64,000 bases of DNA from Coriobacteriaceae bacterium (GCA_003563465.1 PWVH01000128.1:25504-89503), one strand, 5' to 3'. Shown: positions 28,156-39,032, counted from the stretch's first letter. The notes: generated by a model not told the origin, from the sequence alone. A program made the numbers and translations.

Positions 28156-29304
28156 TCACGATCCACTGAACTGTCTTCCGAGTGCGCGATAGATAGCTTG
28201 AGCAACAGAATCGCTCCAGGTAGGATCGCGAAAAGCAGCGGTGTCCTCTCGGACGGCGAACGATCCGAGCCGCACGCGCACAAGAGGGCTCGACACCGCG
28301 TTGGCGACTGGATCCGGAGGAAGGACGACACGCTGCACGGGGCTGTCGGGTTGCCCGAGAACGTCGATGATCTCGTCGGCCAGAAGAGAAGAGACTGCGA
28401 ATCGGTCACCCGCGACACCTTCCTGCTCCGGGACGAGTACTGCTAGACCTCCCGGAGCGGAGTCGGTCGCATCTATGCCTATGACCGCAGTGATCGAAGG
28501 GGTAGTCTCGGCTGCACGTTGAGCGCGGGCAGCTGGAGCCACATCGGTATCGGTGACCGAGCGAGTCACGACGACCCGTGCTCCAGCCGCCTCCAGAAGA
28601 GAACGAAGACGGCGTGTTGCTTCAAGCGGGGCGTCGACCTCGCCGGAGGGTACTGGCGAAGGATCGATGACGAAGACCTCGTCATGCAAGGGGAAGGGTA
28701 GCAACACCGATGGAACGCTCTCTTCGGAGGCTATGCGAACTCGTACGACGTCCGATGTTCTGACTGTCGCCCCAGGAGCTGGGATCGTCTCGAGCACCGT
28801 GTCAGGAGCGGCATCGGACTCGACCGCCTCGATATGGACTACGAGGCCACGCTGCTCCAGCTGTGCCCGGGCGACGACGATACCGAGCCCTATGACATCC
28901 GGCATCGAGAACTCTTCGGTACCGGCGGATACGACAAGCGCTACACCGCTCCCGCGCCTCACCCTGACGCCTGACGCGGGGTCCTGCAATAAGACCGTTC
29001 CTGCCGGTTGAGCATCGAATCGACGCTCCACACTGGCGACTGTCAGGCCATTCTGTCCCAGACGGGTTCGCGCGACTCCTTCTTGGATGCCGGTGATGTC
29101 TGGCACCGTGACGAGCATACCCGTGCCGTACCAGACGATTGCAGCGACGATGAGAAGTAGCAGCACGAAGGAACCCAATACTGCAAGAGCAGTGGCTCTC
29201 GAAAGCAAAGCCCTACGGGGCAGACGTTCACGAGATACTACCTGGTCGGCCTCCGGTATCTCTTGGTTGCGGGGAATGGTTTTTTGGGTATCTCTCATTC
29301 GCAT
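28156..29304 (-). CDS. membrane protein with two PASTA domains and a degenerate amidase_3 (MurNAc-LAA)-like C-terminal domain
   Basis: It has a cytoplasmic N-terminus, one TM segment (ALAVLGSFVLLLLIVAAIVWY), and two PASTA-like repeats (VPDITG...LVVSAG and MPDVIG...VRVRIA). The C-terminal 190 aa align by eye to amidase_3 but lack the Zn and catalytic residues. Confidence 0.65.
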   Translation of the reverse strand: MRMRDTQKTIPRNQEIPEADQVVSRERLPRRALLSRATALAVLGSFVLLLLIVAAIVWYGTGMLVTVPDITGIQEGVARTRLGQNGLTVASVERRFDAQPAGTVLLQDPASGVRVRRGSGVALVVSAGTEEFSMPDVIGLGIVVARAQLEQRGLVVHIEAVESDAAPDTVLETIPAPGATVRTSDVVRVRIASEESVPSVLLPFPLHDEVFVIDPSPVPSGEVDAPLEATRRLRSLLEAAGARVVVTRSVTDTDVAPAARAQRAAETTPSITAVIGIDATDSAPGGLAVLVPEQEGVAGDRFAVSSLLADEIIDVLGQPDSPVQRVVLPPDPVANAVSSPLVRVRLGSFAVREDTAAFRDPTWSDSVAQAIYRALGRQFSGS

Positions 29305-29399
29305 CGGTTCCGATTCGGTCAGTGAGAAAGACTTGCGGCGTTTACGGCGGAGCGCTATCCTCCAACGCTGGATATCGGGACGGGAAGAGGAAGCAGAAG

Positions 29400-29669
29400 A
29401 TGCCCGTTTATGAGTACAGCTGCAGCTCGTGCAACCTTCGCTTCGAGGTGAGGCATCCCGTAGGAAACTCGTCCGGCCAATGCTGCCCTGACTGCAACTC
29501 CGAGGCCAAACGGGTGTTCACGCCGGTGGGAGTCGTGTTCAAGGGCACCGGCTTTCATACGACGGACTATCGTGTCGAGAAGCCCGAGCAGATCGACAAA
29601 GGCGCGCCCGACGCTCCCGCGGCACCTGCCTGCGGTGCAGGTTGCCCCTCGTGTCCCGCTGCCGAGTGA
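29400..29669 (+). CDS. FmdB-family zinc-ribbon protein
   Basis: MPVYEYSCSSCNLRFEV...CPDCNSEAKRVF (CxxC...CxxC) plus a C-terminal Cys/Gly/Pro tail. The start is set at ATG codon 27. Confidence 0.8.
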   Translation: MPVYEYSCSSCNLRFEVRHPVGNSSGQCCPDCNSEAKRVFTPVGVVFKGTGFHTTDYRVEKPEQIDKGAPDAPAAPACGAGCPSCPAAE

Positions 29670-29676
29670 GCGCACC

Positions 29677-30642
29677 CTAGTCCCTGCGCACCCAGAACGG
29701 CTCTTCGCCGGTCTTGAAGACGGTTTCCACGAAGCGCACAGTGCCTGTAGACGCATCCATGGCCACGGAGTGCGTGCGCGAACCTTGTCCGAAGTACTTC
29801 ACCCCGCGCAAGAGTTCACCGTCGGTCACACCAGTAGCGATGAAAGCGGCCTGGTCGGTGGCTACCAGGCAGTCCATGTCCAACACGTCATCGATGTCGC
29901 ACTTGGCCATCCTTTCCGCACGAGCGCGTTCTTCATCGTTGCGGAATCGGAAGCGGCCCATGAACTGACCGCCGATACACCGCATAGCCGCGGCTGCAAG
30001 CACTCCCTCCGGTGCAGCGCCTATGCCAAGATAGAGATGTATGCCGGTTCCCTCGATAGCAGTGGCGACGGCGCCGAATACATCACCATCCGAGATCAGC
30101 CTGATCCTTGCTCCGGCATCGCGGACCTCCGCGATGAGGTCTTCGTGTCTTTCCCGGTCGAGGATGCAGACGACTATGTCGCCCACGGGGCGCTTGAGCG
30201 AGTTTGCGACGGCGTGCACGTTTTCGGTGGGTGTAGCGTCGATGTGTACGGCTTCAGCAGCGATGGGCCCGGTGGCGACTTTGAGCATGTACGTGTCCGG
30301 CGCATTGAGAAGCGTGCCCTTCGGCCCGAAGGCCATTACCGAGAGCGCGTTGGGCTGCCCGTAAGCAGTCAAGTTCGTGCCCTCCAGAGGATCTACTGCA
30401 ATGTCGATCTCTTGGCCTCCCGCCCCTACATGTTCACCGATGTAGAGCATCGGGGCCTCATCGCGCTCGCCTTCGCCGATGACTATTTCACCTGAGATAT
30501 TGATCGAATCGAACGCTGCACGCATCGCATCGACTGCAGCAGAGTCGGCAGCGTCCTTGGCACCCCTTCCCATCCAGCGTCCAGCAGCCAACGCGGCTGC
30601 TTCCGTGACCTCTAACATCTCGATGATTCTGGTGACACGCAT
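29677..30642 (-). CDS. glpX: class II fructose-1,6-bisphosphatase GlpX
   Basis: 321 aa with [25 protein letters not shown] and [11 protein letters not shown]. Confidence 0.93.
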   Translation of the reverse strand: MRVTRIIEMLEVTEAAALAAGRWMGRGAKDAADSAAVDAMRAAFDSINISGEIVIGEGERDEAPMLYIGEHVGAGGQEIDIAVDPLEGTNLTAYGQPNALSVMAFGPKGTLLNAPDTYMLKVATGPIAAEAVHIDATPTENVHAVANSLKRPVGDIVVCILDRERHEDLIAEVRDAGARIRLISDGDVFGAVATAIEGTGIHLYLGIGAAPEGVLAAAAMRCIGGQFMGRFRFRNDEERARAERMAKCDIDDVLDMDCLVATDQAAFIATGVTDGELLRGVKYFGQGSRTHSVAMDASTGTVRFVETVFKTGEEPFWVRRD

Positions 30643-30651
30643 GGCTCCTCC

Positions 30652-32043
30652 TCAGTCGGACGGTTCCGGACTGCGGCTTAAGACCGTTGCGAAATGGCCG
30701 TCTGGCCCGCCTGGCGCTGGAAGCGATCGGAACCATCCCTCTGAAGACACGAACGCTTCCCATCCCGCAGGAACCCGCGCCTGAAGCGAGCGGCTGGCGA
30801 AACCCTCCCCTGCCTCACCGGAAAGGAAGGTGTCGACTACTTCCCGGTTCTCACGTTCGGTGATCGTGCATGTGGAGTACACCACGAAACCGCCAGGGCG
30901 GACAAGAAGGGCGGCCGTGTGCAGCATGCGGAGACCGATCTCGGCGAGCCGGTCGACATCTGTCGGATTCAATCGCCACCGCTTCTCTGGATGCCTTCGC
31001 AACGCACCTGTTCCCGAGCAGGGTGCATCGACCATGACTGCGTCGGCAGAGGCGGGGCCTCCGAGGACATCAAGGGAATCAGTAGTGGTGGTGTCGGCGA
31101 CGACGGTGGTGATGTCCGGAACACCCAGAAGAGCCATTCGCTCTTCGAGTAGGCGGGCCTTGAATGCGTGTGCGTCGGCGGCGATCAGACGTCCGGTAGC
31201 ACCTGCTCTAAGGTACTCCGCCTGAATCAGCATAGTCTTCGTACCTCTTCCTGCGGCGATTTCTGTCGTGGTGCCACCTGGTTCAGACGAGGCCAGCGAG
31301 GCACAGAACTGGGCGGCCGCGTCTGCAATCAGACAGAGGCCTTCGGGAATGACCGAGCTTCGGATGGCAGCGGCAGGCTCGCGTGACTCGATGCAGCCGT
31401 GTATCGGACAGGCTACGGGGTCGGCTCCATCGGAAGATAGCCGGTCGAGCAGGGTTTCCAAGGAGCCTCGAAAAGGGTTATGCGCAACGTAGAGCGGCGC
31501 CGGAACGTTGTTGGCATGAACTACTGCGCGTGCGGTTTCAGAACCAAGATCGTTGAGAAGTGTCCGCACGAGCCAAAGCGGGTGTGCGGTCGCCCGAGCA
31601 AGCGCCTCGATATCTTCATCTGGGTCACCCCATGGGAATCTTGGGGCTTCTGCAGCCACCTTTCTCAAAACCGCGTTGACGACCCCGGAGGCCGAAGGCT
31701 GTAAGCCGCGAACGGACTCCACACCTTGATGCACTGCCACTCGAGCAGGAGTGCGCATGAAGAGCAGCTCGTAGGCTCCGACGCGCAGGACGTCTCTTAC
31801 CTGCGGGTGTATTCGGCCGGGACGATCGAGATGGCGATTGAGGATTTCGTCGAGCGTTCCTTCGGCAGAAAGCGTTCCGTAGGCGAGGCGGGTCGTGAGC
31901 GCGGCTTCACGCCCGGACAACTCGAACCGGTCGAGTGTCGGCCCCAATAGCTCATGTCCCCAGGCTTGACGGGTGCGAGCCTCGCTTACTAGATATCGAG
32001 CTGCCAGTCTGGCGGGCGTGGCGGTCACGGATGCATCCCCCAC
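30652..32043 (-). CDS. rsmB: 16S rRNA (cytosine967-C5)-methyltransferase RsmB
   Basis: NusB-like N-terminus. Methyltransferase motifs DAPCSGTG and YSTCT. It shows fmt-rsmB synteny. Confidence 0.9.
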   Translation of the reverse strand: MGDASVTATPARLAARYLVSEARTRQAWGHELLGPTLDRFELSGREAALTTRLAYGTLSAEGTLDEILNRHLDRPGRIHPQVRDVLRVGAYELLFMRTPARVAVHQGVESVRGLQPSASGVVNAVLRKVAAEAPRFPWGDPDEDIEALARATAHPLWLVRTLLNDLGSETARAVVHANNVPAPLYVAHNPFRGSLETLLDRLSSDGADPVACPIHGCIESREPAAAIRSSVIPEGLCLIADAAAQFCASLASSEPGGTTTEIAAGRGTKTMLIQAEYLRAGATGRLIAADAHAFKARLLEERMALLGVPDITTVVADTTTTDSLDVLGGPASADAVMVDAPCSGTGALRRHPEKRWRLNPTDVDRLAEIGLRMLHTAALLVRPGGFVVYSTCTITERENREVVDTFLSGEAGEGFASRSLQARVPAGWEAFVSSEGWFRSLPAPGGPDGHFATVLSRSPEPSD

Positions 32044-32948
32044 CGGGCATTCTCGCTAAGCCGCGCCCCGCGTACAAAGGATGCGCCATCCATCTCACTG
32101 CGCCCCTCTGGCTTGACTCTATCGAGCGCTATCGTACCGTCGGCAAGTCCTAGAAGCAGTTCGGAACTGTCGACGACCACCCGACCCTTTTCGAGCAGGC
32201 CTTCCCGGCGGGATGCGCGGGAAATGGTAAGGACGTGGCCGTCGATACGAAGCCGAGAAGCAGCACTCGCTGTCGAGGCTCGAATCCGGCGAAGTGCGTC
32301 GTCGACGCTCAGCTGGGGATGAAGTGCCACGTCAGCTCTCGTGATCTTGGGCGCGTAGGTCGCCGCGGCCTCGTTCTGGGCGATCCACCGCGCATCGCCG
32401 GACTCGAGCTGGTCGAGGACTCCAAGCAGCGCGTCGGCGCCGATGAGGGCGAGCTCGCGCGTGAGATCGTCGACGTCGCGTTCACCCGTTCTGACAGGCA
32501 CTTGAAGGGCGTACGGTCCCGTATCGAGACCCTGCTCCATCAGCATTATCGATATCCCGGTCAGCTCGTCACCATCGAGAATGGCGCGGTGTACCGGAGC
32601 CGCTCCTCTGTGTCGCGGAAGCAACGATGCATGCACGTTGATGCAGCCGTAGGCAGGTATCTGAAGGATCTCGGGAGGGAGAATGAGTCCGTAGGCAGCC
32701 ACACAGACGACATCAGGCTCCAGTGCTCGCAAGCGAGTCCCCTCAGCGGGATCGCGCAGCGTGACAGGCTGGTGGACCGGAATTCCAAGTTCTTCTGCAG
32801 CGGACTTGACAGGTGACGGCACCAGCTTGCGCCCTCGTCCTGAAGGCTTGTCAGGCCGGGTGTAGACAGCTATGAGATTCTCTGCCGAAGCAAGCGCTCG
32901 CAGAATCGGGACGGCGAAGTCGGGTGTACCCATGAAAACGACCCTCAT
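32025..32948 (-). CDS. fmt: methionyl-tRNA formyltransferase
   Basis: Contains MRVVFMGTPDFAVP and HASLLPRHRGAAP. It shows def-fmt synteny. Confidence 0.95.
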   Translation of the reverse strand: MRVVFMGTPDFAVPILRALASAENLIAVYTRPDKPSGRGRKLVPSPVKSAAEELGIPVHQPVTLRDPAEGTRLRALEPDVVCVAAYGLILPPEILQIPAYGCINVHASLLPRHRGAAPVHRAILDGDELTGISIMLMEQGLDTGPYALQVPVRTGERDVDDLTRELALIGADALLGVLDQLESGDARWIAQNEAAATYAPKITRADVALHPQLSVDDALRRIRASTASAASRLRIDGHVLTISRASRREGLLEKGRVVVDSSELLLGLADGTIALDRVKPEGRSEMDGASFVRGARLSENARWGMHP

Positions 32949-32968
32949 CGGTCCCTCCAATTCTGCTT

Positions 32969-33460
32969 TCAGCCGAGAGTCCGCGTAATCTCGTTGTAGC
33001 GCCGGATAGCCTCCCGTCTCTGTTCCGGCGTGGCGCGATCGATGATCAAAGTGCCTTCCAGATGGTCGAGTTCGTGCTGAAGGACGCGCGCGAGCAGGCC
33101 CTCGGCAGTAATCGTCACCTCTTGCCCGTCGATATCGGTTGCCTCACATCTGACGGTGGTACTGCGCTCTATCGGCAATGCTATGCCTGGAAGAGAAAGG
33201 CATCCTTCTTCTTCGGTCACGGTCTCGTCGGAGAGATGGACAAGGCGGGGGTTGCAGAGGACGACGAGTTCATCATCGACGTCGTATACGAGAATCCGCT
33301 TCATGATGCCGAGTTGAGTTGCAGCAAGTCCGACTCCGTGAGTGTCATACATGGTTCTAGCCATCTGGTCGACGAGCTTCTGCAGCTCAACGCGCGACAC
33401 TCCCTCGACATCGGCAGCACGTTGCTTGAGCGCAGGACTTGGGTGGGTGAAGATTCGCAT
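32969..33460 (-). CDS. def: peptide deformylase
   Basis: Contains GVGLAATQ, EGCLSLPG and QHELDHLEG. Confidence 0.95.
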   Translation of the reverse strand: MRIFTHPSPALKQRAADVEGVSRVELQKLVDQMARTMYDTHGVGLAATQLGIMKRILVYDVDDELVVLCNPRLVHLSDETVTEEEGCLSLPGIALPIERSTTVRCEATDIDGQEVTITAEGLLARVLQHELDHLEGTLIIDRATPEQRREAIRRYNEITRTLG

Positions 33461-33592
33461 AGGGTTCGGTACCCTCCATCGGCACGCTCGCCTAAGGTCG
33501 AGCCGCGCTCGTTTCTGCGGAGTAGCAAGCTGCAGCCTATTCTACCCCAATTGGAGGCATGAACAGCAGGTTCAGTCCGGTCCAAACTGTTG

Positions 33593-35815
33593 TCAAGCAA
33601 GGTCGAGAGGATCGATGTCGACGGTCACGATGACCTCCTCTATGGACTTGACCCCCTGAAGGGCTGCACGCAACTTAGTGGGTAGAGGTGAGTCGACCGG
33701 CGTTTTGACTAGAACATGCCATCTGAAGCGATTCTTGAGCCGAGCGAGGGGTGCAGGGGCGGGTCCGAGTATCTCCCACTCGGGTGGAGCGGCATTGCTG
33801 AGTTCCTCAGCAACCGATGTCGCACAGCGTCGGGCCAAGCTATCGGCTGAAGCCGTTACCAGGATGTTGGCCAGACGCCCGTACGGCGGGAAGTGCAACT
33901 CCTGCCGCTGTTGACGCTCCCGTGCGTAGAAGACTTCCGGGTCGTTTAGGGCGAGCGCTCTGATCGCAGGGTGTTCGGGCCAGTAGGTCTGCACCAAGAC
34001 CCGCCCTTCTTCGTGTCCCCTGCCCGCTCTGCCTGCAACCTGTTCCAGCATCTGAAACGTGCGTTCACCGGATCTGATGTCCGGGATATGGAGCGTGGTG
34101 TCGGCGCTGACCACTCCTACGAGAGTCACTTCAGGGTAGTCAAGTCCCTTCGCTACCATCTGGGTACCGACAAGCACACCAGAAGAGACTGCTTCGAACT
34201 CAGCGAGGCGGGCTTCGTGCCCGCCCTTGACCGATGTCGTGTCGGCATCCATCCGGATGACAGGAAGTTCCGGAAGCAGCGAGCTGACTTCATTCGCCAC
34301 TCTCTGCGTGCCAGCTCCGAATCGCCTTAGGTAAGGACTCCGACACATCGGACAAACCCCCGGTGCGTGCGAACTCTCTCCGCAGTGATGGCAGACAAGT
34401 GTGGCACCGGATTCATGGAATGTCAGAGAGGTAGAGCATCGGGTACAGCCTGGAACGTGCCCGCACTCACGACACAACAGAAACGAAGCGTATCCACGGC
34501 GGTTAAGGAGCAAGATGGCCTTCTGACCCTTTGCTGCGACCTGCCTTAACTCCTCGGCAAGTCGACGCGAGAACATCGACCGGTTTCCGGCGAGGAACTC
34601 AGCGGACAGGTCTATGATCTCGATTCGAGGCCGGATGCCTCCACCGACTCTCTCCGGCATACGCACGGCCACTATGGCTCCGTGCTCGGCCGCATGCAGC
34701 GCTTCTAAACTCGGTGTCGCGCTTCCGAGCACCAGCGTTGCGCCACGTTCTTCGACGAGTCTTCGTGCAACGTCGCGGGCGTGGTATCGCGGTGCCGAGA
34801 AATGCTTGTAGGAGGCTTCATGCTCTTCGTCGATGATCACAAGCTGCAGTCGATTTACGGGGGCGAATACTGCAGAACGGGCTCCCACGACGATTCGGGC
34901 ATCGCCCGATGCTACGCGGTCCCACTGATCGAGACGTTCGCCACGGCCGAGCCGACTGTGGACGACAGCGACCAGATCACCGAAGCGCGATCTGAAGCGT
35001 CCGACCGTCTGCGGTGTCAACGAGATTTCCGGAACAAGGACTATGGCGCCTCCGCCCTCATCCAGAACCCTCTCGATTGCTTGCATGTAGACTTCAGTCT
35101 TCCCCGAGCCAGTGGTTCCATGGAGCAGGATACAGGCGCCTGGATTCGCCACAGATATCGCTTCGAGTGCGGAAAGCTGCCCGGGAGAGAGGTTCTTATG
35201 CCGAGGAGCAGGGCGTCTGTGACTCAGAGGGTCTCGGAAACGGCGGCGTGCCGACATGCGTATCGCACCGGCGCTTTCCAAGCGGGCTAGTACGGAGGAC
35301 ACCGAGCCGAAGGCTGCAGTGAGCTCTGCAACCGTAACAGGACCCTGCGAGAGGGCTCCGAGCAGAGCGCGCTGTCGATGCGCGTTCGGTAGAGGCTCAA
35401 ACGAGCTGTGTGGTACCAACTCGACTACACGTTCCTGAACCGGTGAGACGCTGGGTGGCTTAAGTCTCCAAGAATCGCCGTCCCGGATGGCCGTCGGAAT
35501 ACTTCCCGGAGGCAGCAGCAGGCGTATAGCGTCGGACAAAGGCGCTAGATACTCTTCGGCGATCCAGAGCGCGATATTCGCTGAGACTGCGTCGAAGCGC
35601 GGAGGACCGATTACCGCAAGCACGGGTTTACGCTCAGGAATCTTGCTCGTCGTACTGATTCCGATGACGTGGCCTAGCGCACGACGACTGCCGAACTCGA
35701 CGAGCACGGGGGCACCGACATCCACACGGGCGTAAAGGTCATCCGGGATGTCGTAGTCGAAGGCCGAGGAGAGCTTCTTGGCGGGTATGTCGACGACCAC
35801 TTGGGCGACGTGCAC
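33593..35815 (-). CDS. priA: primosomal protein N' (PriA helicase)
   Basis: 740 aa with HGTTGSGKTEVY, DEEHE, and a CxxC zinc-finger insert (CRECGHVPGCTRC...CHHCG...CPMC). Confidence 0.95.
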   Translation of the reverse strand: MHVAQVVVDIPAKKLSSAFDYDIPDDLYARVDVGAPVLVEFGSRRALGHVIGISTTSKIPERKPVLAVIGPPRFDAVSANIALWIAEEYLAPLSDAIRLLLPPGSIPTAIRDGDSWRLKPPSVSPVQERVVELVPHSSFEPLPNAHRQRALLGALSQGPVTVAELTAAFGSVSSVLARLESAGAIRMSARRRFRDPLSHRRPAPRHKNLSPGQLSALEAISVANPGACILLHGTTGSGKTEVYMQAIERVLDEGGGAIVLVPEISLTPQTVGRFRSRFGDLVAVVHSRLGRGERLDQWDRVASGDARIVVGARSAVFAPVNRLQLVIIDEEHEASYKHFSAPRYHARDVARRLVEERGATLVLGSATPSLEALHAAEHGAIVAVRMPERVGGGIRPRIEIIDLSAEFLAGNRSMFSRRLAEELRQVAAKGQKAILLLNRRGYASFLLCRECGHVPGCTRCSTSLTFHESGATLVCHHCGESSHAPGVCPMCRSPYLRRFGAGTQRVANEVSSLLPELPVIRMDADTTSVKGGHEARLAEFEAVSSGVLVGTQMVAKGLDYPEVTLVGVVSADTTLHIPDIRSGERTFQMLEQVAGRAGRGHEEGRVLVQTYWPEHPAIRALALNDPEVFYARERQQRQELHFPPYGRLANILVTASADSLARRCATSVAEELSNAAPPEWEILGPAPAPLARLKNRFRWHVLVKTPVDSPLPTKLRAALQGVKSIEEVIVTVDIDPLDLA

Positions 35816-35858
35816 AGCGATCCCCTCGCCGATTGCGGGAAGGAACGCTCACAGCATA

Positions 35859-35889
35859 CAGAAGGCCACCGACATACGTGGCGGCCTTC
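35859..35889 (-). terminator. hairpin terminator after metK
   Basis: Minus strand reads AGAAGGCCGCC-loop-GGTGGCCTTCT (about 11 bp). It sits 20 nt after the metK stop and has only a weak U-tail. Confidence 0.5.
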
Positions 35890-35908
35890 TTGAGCCTGGA
35901 AGCGATAA

Positions 35909-37168
35909 TCAGTCGTTGAGACCCGCTGCCGCAGCAAGGTCTACAGCCCTGTCCGTCCTTTCCCAGGTGAAGTCCTTGTCGTTGCGTCCGAAATGACCGT
36001 AGGCTGCAGTCTTGCGGTATATGGGGCGTCTCAGATCGAGATCGCGGATGATGGCTCCCGGCCGCAAGTCGAAAACCTCGGCGATCGCGGTCTCGATGGC
36101 GCCAAGAGCGACCTTCTCGGTACCGAAGGTTTCAACGAATACCGAGAGAGGGTGGGCCATCCCAATCGCGTAGGCCAACTGTATCTCGCATCGATCTGCT
36201 AGACCCGCCGCGACCACGGTCTTGGCGACCCATCGAGCGGCATAGGTGGCCGAGCGATCGACCTTTGTGCAGTCCTTGCCCGAGAAAGCACCGCCGCCGT
36301 GGCGACCCATGCCGCCATAAGTATCGACGATTATCTTGCGGCCGGTCAGTCCAGTGTCGCCCATAGGGCCGCCGATGACGAAACGCCCGGTGGGATTGAC
36401 GTATACGTCGGCGTGACCGTACTCGATGCCTTCGAGGTCGAACACCGGCTTGATCACGTGTTCGATAACGTCAGGCTTCATGAGTCCCTCGATGTCGACT
36501 CCGTCAGCGTGTTGCGCAGCAATCAGAATCTTCTCGACGGCGATTGGCTTGTCTCCTTGGTAGCGAACAGTAACTTGCGTTTTGCCGTCGGGACGCAGGT
36601 AGTCCAGCACGCCAGCCTTCCGCACGGCGGTCAGACGTTCGGCCAGGCGATGGGCAAGGTAGATCGGCATCGGCATGAGCTGGGTGGTCTCTTTGCAGGC
36701 GTATCCGAACATCATGCCTTGGTCGCCGGCGCCGACAAGGTCGAGGGGATCGCCGTTGTAACCGTGCTGTACCTCGAAGGACTCGTCGACACCCATCGCG
36801 ATGTCTGGGCTCTGTTCGTGGATCGTTGTGATGACTCCGCAAGTCTCATGGTCGAAGCCGTATTTGGCTCGTGTGTAGCCTATCTCTTCGACCACGTTGC
36901 GTACGATCGCGGGTATCTCGACATAGGCATGAGTGCGGATTTCACCAGAGACTGCGACAAGGCCTGTGGTGACCAAGGTCTCGCATGCGACCCTTACGTA
37001 CTCCGGATGCGCTTTCGAACCGTCGGGCGATACGAAATCGGACTCGGCCAACTCCGCTTCTCTGGCTATGATCGCGTCAAGCACGGCATCGGATATCTGG
37101 TCGCACATCTTGTCGGGATGACCCTCCGTGACTGACTCTGAGGTGAAAGAGTACTCGCGCTCGGACAT
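35909..37168 (-). CDS. metK: S-adenosylmethionine synthetase
   Basis: Contains [30 protein letters not shown] and GGGAFSGKD. The start is set at ATG codon 37 with a GGAGG RBS. The ORF-track extension runs into riboswitch-flanking sequence. Confidence 0.97.
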   Translation of the reverse strand: MSEREYSFTSESVTEGHPDKMCDQISDAVLDAIIAREAELAESDFVSPDGSKAHPEYVRVACETLVTTGLVAVSGEIRTHAYVEIPAIVRNVVEEIGYTRAKYGFDHETCGVITTIHEQSPDIAMGVDESFEVQHGYNGDPLDLVGAGDQGMMFGYACKETTQLMPMPIYLAHRLAERLTAVRKAGVLDYLRPDGKTQVTVRYQGDKPIAVEKILIAAQHADGVDIEGLMKPDVIEHVIKPVFDLEGIEYGHADVYVNPTGRFVIGGPMGDTGLTGRKIIVDTYGGMGRHGGGAFSGKDCTKVDRSATYAARWVAKTVVAAGLADRCEIQLAYAIGMAHPLSVFVETFGTEKVALGAIETAIAEVFDLRPGAIIRDLDLRRPIYRKTAAYGHFGRNDKDFTWERTDRAVDLAAAAGLND

Positions 37169-37267
37169 GAGACCTCCTGTCTTCGTAGCGAACGCCGCTG
37201 CATAAGAAAAGCCCCAACCTGGACGGCAAGGGCGCTCACTGGCGCACTCCGTGAAGCCAGCGCGGTA

Positions 37268-37406
37268 TGCCCTCATCTTCCAGGCCGGTAAAACCTGCCG
37301 AGACTTGGCACCGTGCGCTCATTTCAGCGTCGGTTGCCGGGGCTTCGCGGGGCTCGGTCCCTCCACCCTCTGCGGTCTTCGCGCGACCGCCTCTTGATGA
37401 GCACCG
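37268..37406 (-). promoter_or_regulatory. SAM-I (S-box) riboswitch
   Basis: Minus strand reads GCTCATCAAGAGGCGG..GCAGAGGGTGGAGGGACCGAGCCCCGCGAAGCCCCGGCAACCG..GGTGCCAAGTCTCGGCAG..GGAAGATGAGGGC. All hallmark S-box blocks are present, and it lies upstream of metK. Confidence 0.9.
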
Positions 37407-37408
37407 CG

Positions 37409-37437
37409 ACGATAGCACGAAGGCGGCGCTATGAAAA
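37409..37437 (-). promoter_or_regulatory. putative metK/riboswitch promoter
   Basis: Minus strand reads TTTTCA, a 17-nt spacer, then TATCGT. It ends about 6 nt before the riboswitch P1 5' strand. Confidence 0.45.
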
Positions 37438-37507
37438 GGACGTGCCGATTCGGAAACAGTTACCATAGTCGGGGTCGAGACGGTCGGCGGAGAACGAGGA
37501 GCATCAC

Positions 37508-39004
37508 GTGGCCGAGCGGGTAAGAGTGCGTTTTGCACCCAGTCCGACGGGACAACTACACATCGGCGGGGTCCGTACAGCTATCTACAATTGGGCGTTT
37601 GCTCGGCGACACGGAGGATCGTTCGTTCTACGGATAGACGATACTGATGCAGAGCGCTCCACAGAAGCGAACACCCAGGCAATACTCTCATCGCTGAGAT
37701 GGCTCGGTTTAGACTGGGATGAGGGTCCTGAGATAGGTGGTCTGTCTGGTCCGTATTTCCAAACCAAGCGTCGTGCTTACTACGACGCTGCTCTCGAGCG
37801 CCTGCAAACGTCCGATGCGGTCTATCCTTGCTTCTGTTCCGCCGAGGAGCTGGCGCTCAGGCGCGAGACCGAACGTGCGACAGGTGGATTCTCCGGCTAC
37901 GACCGGAGATGTCGATCGCTCTCGGTCTCTGAAGCGAAGAGCCGTCTGGTCTCCGGCGAGCCACATGCGTGGCGGTTCAAAGTCCCGGACGACCGGGGAG
38001 ACATCGTGTTCTACGATGAGGTACGTGGAAAGAGCGTGTTTCCTTGCGACGCGATGGACGATTTCGTCATAGTACGCAGCGACGCTACTCCTACGTACAA
38101 CTTCGCTACAGTGATCGATGACATCGAGATGGCCATCTCCCACATCATACGCGGTGACGATCATCTTCCGAACACGCCGCGACAGATACTTCTGTTCGAA
38201 GCGCTGGGAGCGGAATCCCCATCCTTCGCCCACCTGTCCATGATTCTGGGACCGGACGGCAAGCGCCTGTCAAAACGTCACGGCGCGACCTCTGTAGAAG
38301 AGTATCGTGATTCGGGATACCTGCCCGAGGCATTGTTGAACTATCTTGCCCTCCTTGGGTGGTCACTCGATGATCGCACTACCATCATCGATAGCTCGAC
38401 TCTGGTGCAGAACTTCTCGCTTGAGCGTGTTTCCAGCAATCCTGCAGTCTTCGACCCGGAGAAACTGGAGTGGATGAACGGAGTCTACATCCGCGATTTG
38501 CCTCCGGAGGATTTCCTCGAGCGGATTACCCCCTACATCGATGCAGCTTTTCAAACCGACATCGCTGCCAGTGCGACTCTTGCCCCCAACGCAGAAGGCC
38601 AAAAGGAACGGAACGCATGGTTTCTTCAGCTCGCGCCGCTGATTTCCGAACGCGTGAAGAGGCTCACCGAGGTGGTTCCCTTGGTCGAGTTCCTATTCGT
38701 CGATGAGATCGAGATAGAGGAAGAGGCTAGAACCAAGGCACTGCTCAAAGAAGGCTCCCGGGAGACGCTGTTCGCTGCCGCCGACGCGCTTGAAGCGCTT
38801 GAGGAGTTCGATACCGAAGCGGTTGAAGGAGCACTTCGCGCCATTCCGGAGCAGGTTGGACTGAAGCCGAAGACAGTCTTCCAAGCGATTCGGGCAGCCG
38901 TTTCGGGAAAGCTGGTCAGCCCCCCTCTGTTTGAGTCGATAGCGCTGCTTGGTCGAGAGAGAACTGTTGATCGCATCCGTCGAGCGGCGGCTTCGGTCAC
39001 GTAA
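37508..39004 (+). CDS. gltX: glutamate--tRNA ligase
   Basis: GTG start. HIGH-type motif PSPTGQLHIGG and KMSKS-type motif KRLSKRHG. 498 aa. Confidence 0.95.
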   Translation: MAERVRVRFAPSPTGQLHIGGVRTAIYNWAFARRHGGSFVLRIDDTDAERSTEANTQAILSSLRWLGLDWDEGPEIGGLSGPYFQTKRRAYYDAALERLQTSDAVYPCFCSAEELALRRETERATGGFSGYDRRCRSLSVSEAKSRLVSGEPHAWRFKVPDDRGDIVFYDEVRGKSVFPCDAMDDFVIVRSDATPTYNFATVIDDIEMAISHIIRGDDHLPNTPRQILLFEALGAESPSFAHLSMILGPDGKRLSKRHGATSVEEYRDSGYLPEALLNYLALLGWSLDDRTTIIDSSTLVQNFSLERVSSNPAVFDPEKLEWMNGVYIRDLPPEDFLERITPYIDAAFQTDIAASATLAPNAEGQKERNAWFLQLAPLISERVKRLTEVVPLVEFLFVDEIEIEEEARTKALLKEGSRETLFAAADALEALEEFDTEAVEGALRAIPEQVGLKPKTVFQAIRAAVSGKLVSPPLFESIALLGRERTVDRIRRAAASVT

Positions 39005-39032
39005 TGCGCCTTGCCGAGGGGTCGTAGTTCGC

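Noticed and set aside
28113-28160. Possible thiT/TPP-riboswitch promoter (TTTACA ... TAAGAG).
   Set aside because: The -10 candidate lacks the invariant final T and the spacing is 16 nt, which is too weak to report as a feature.
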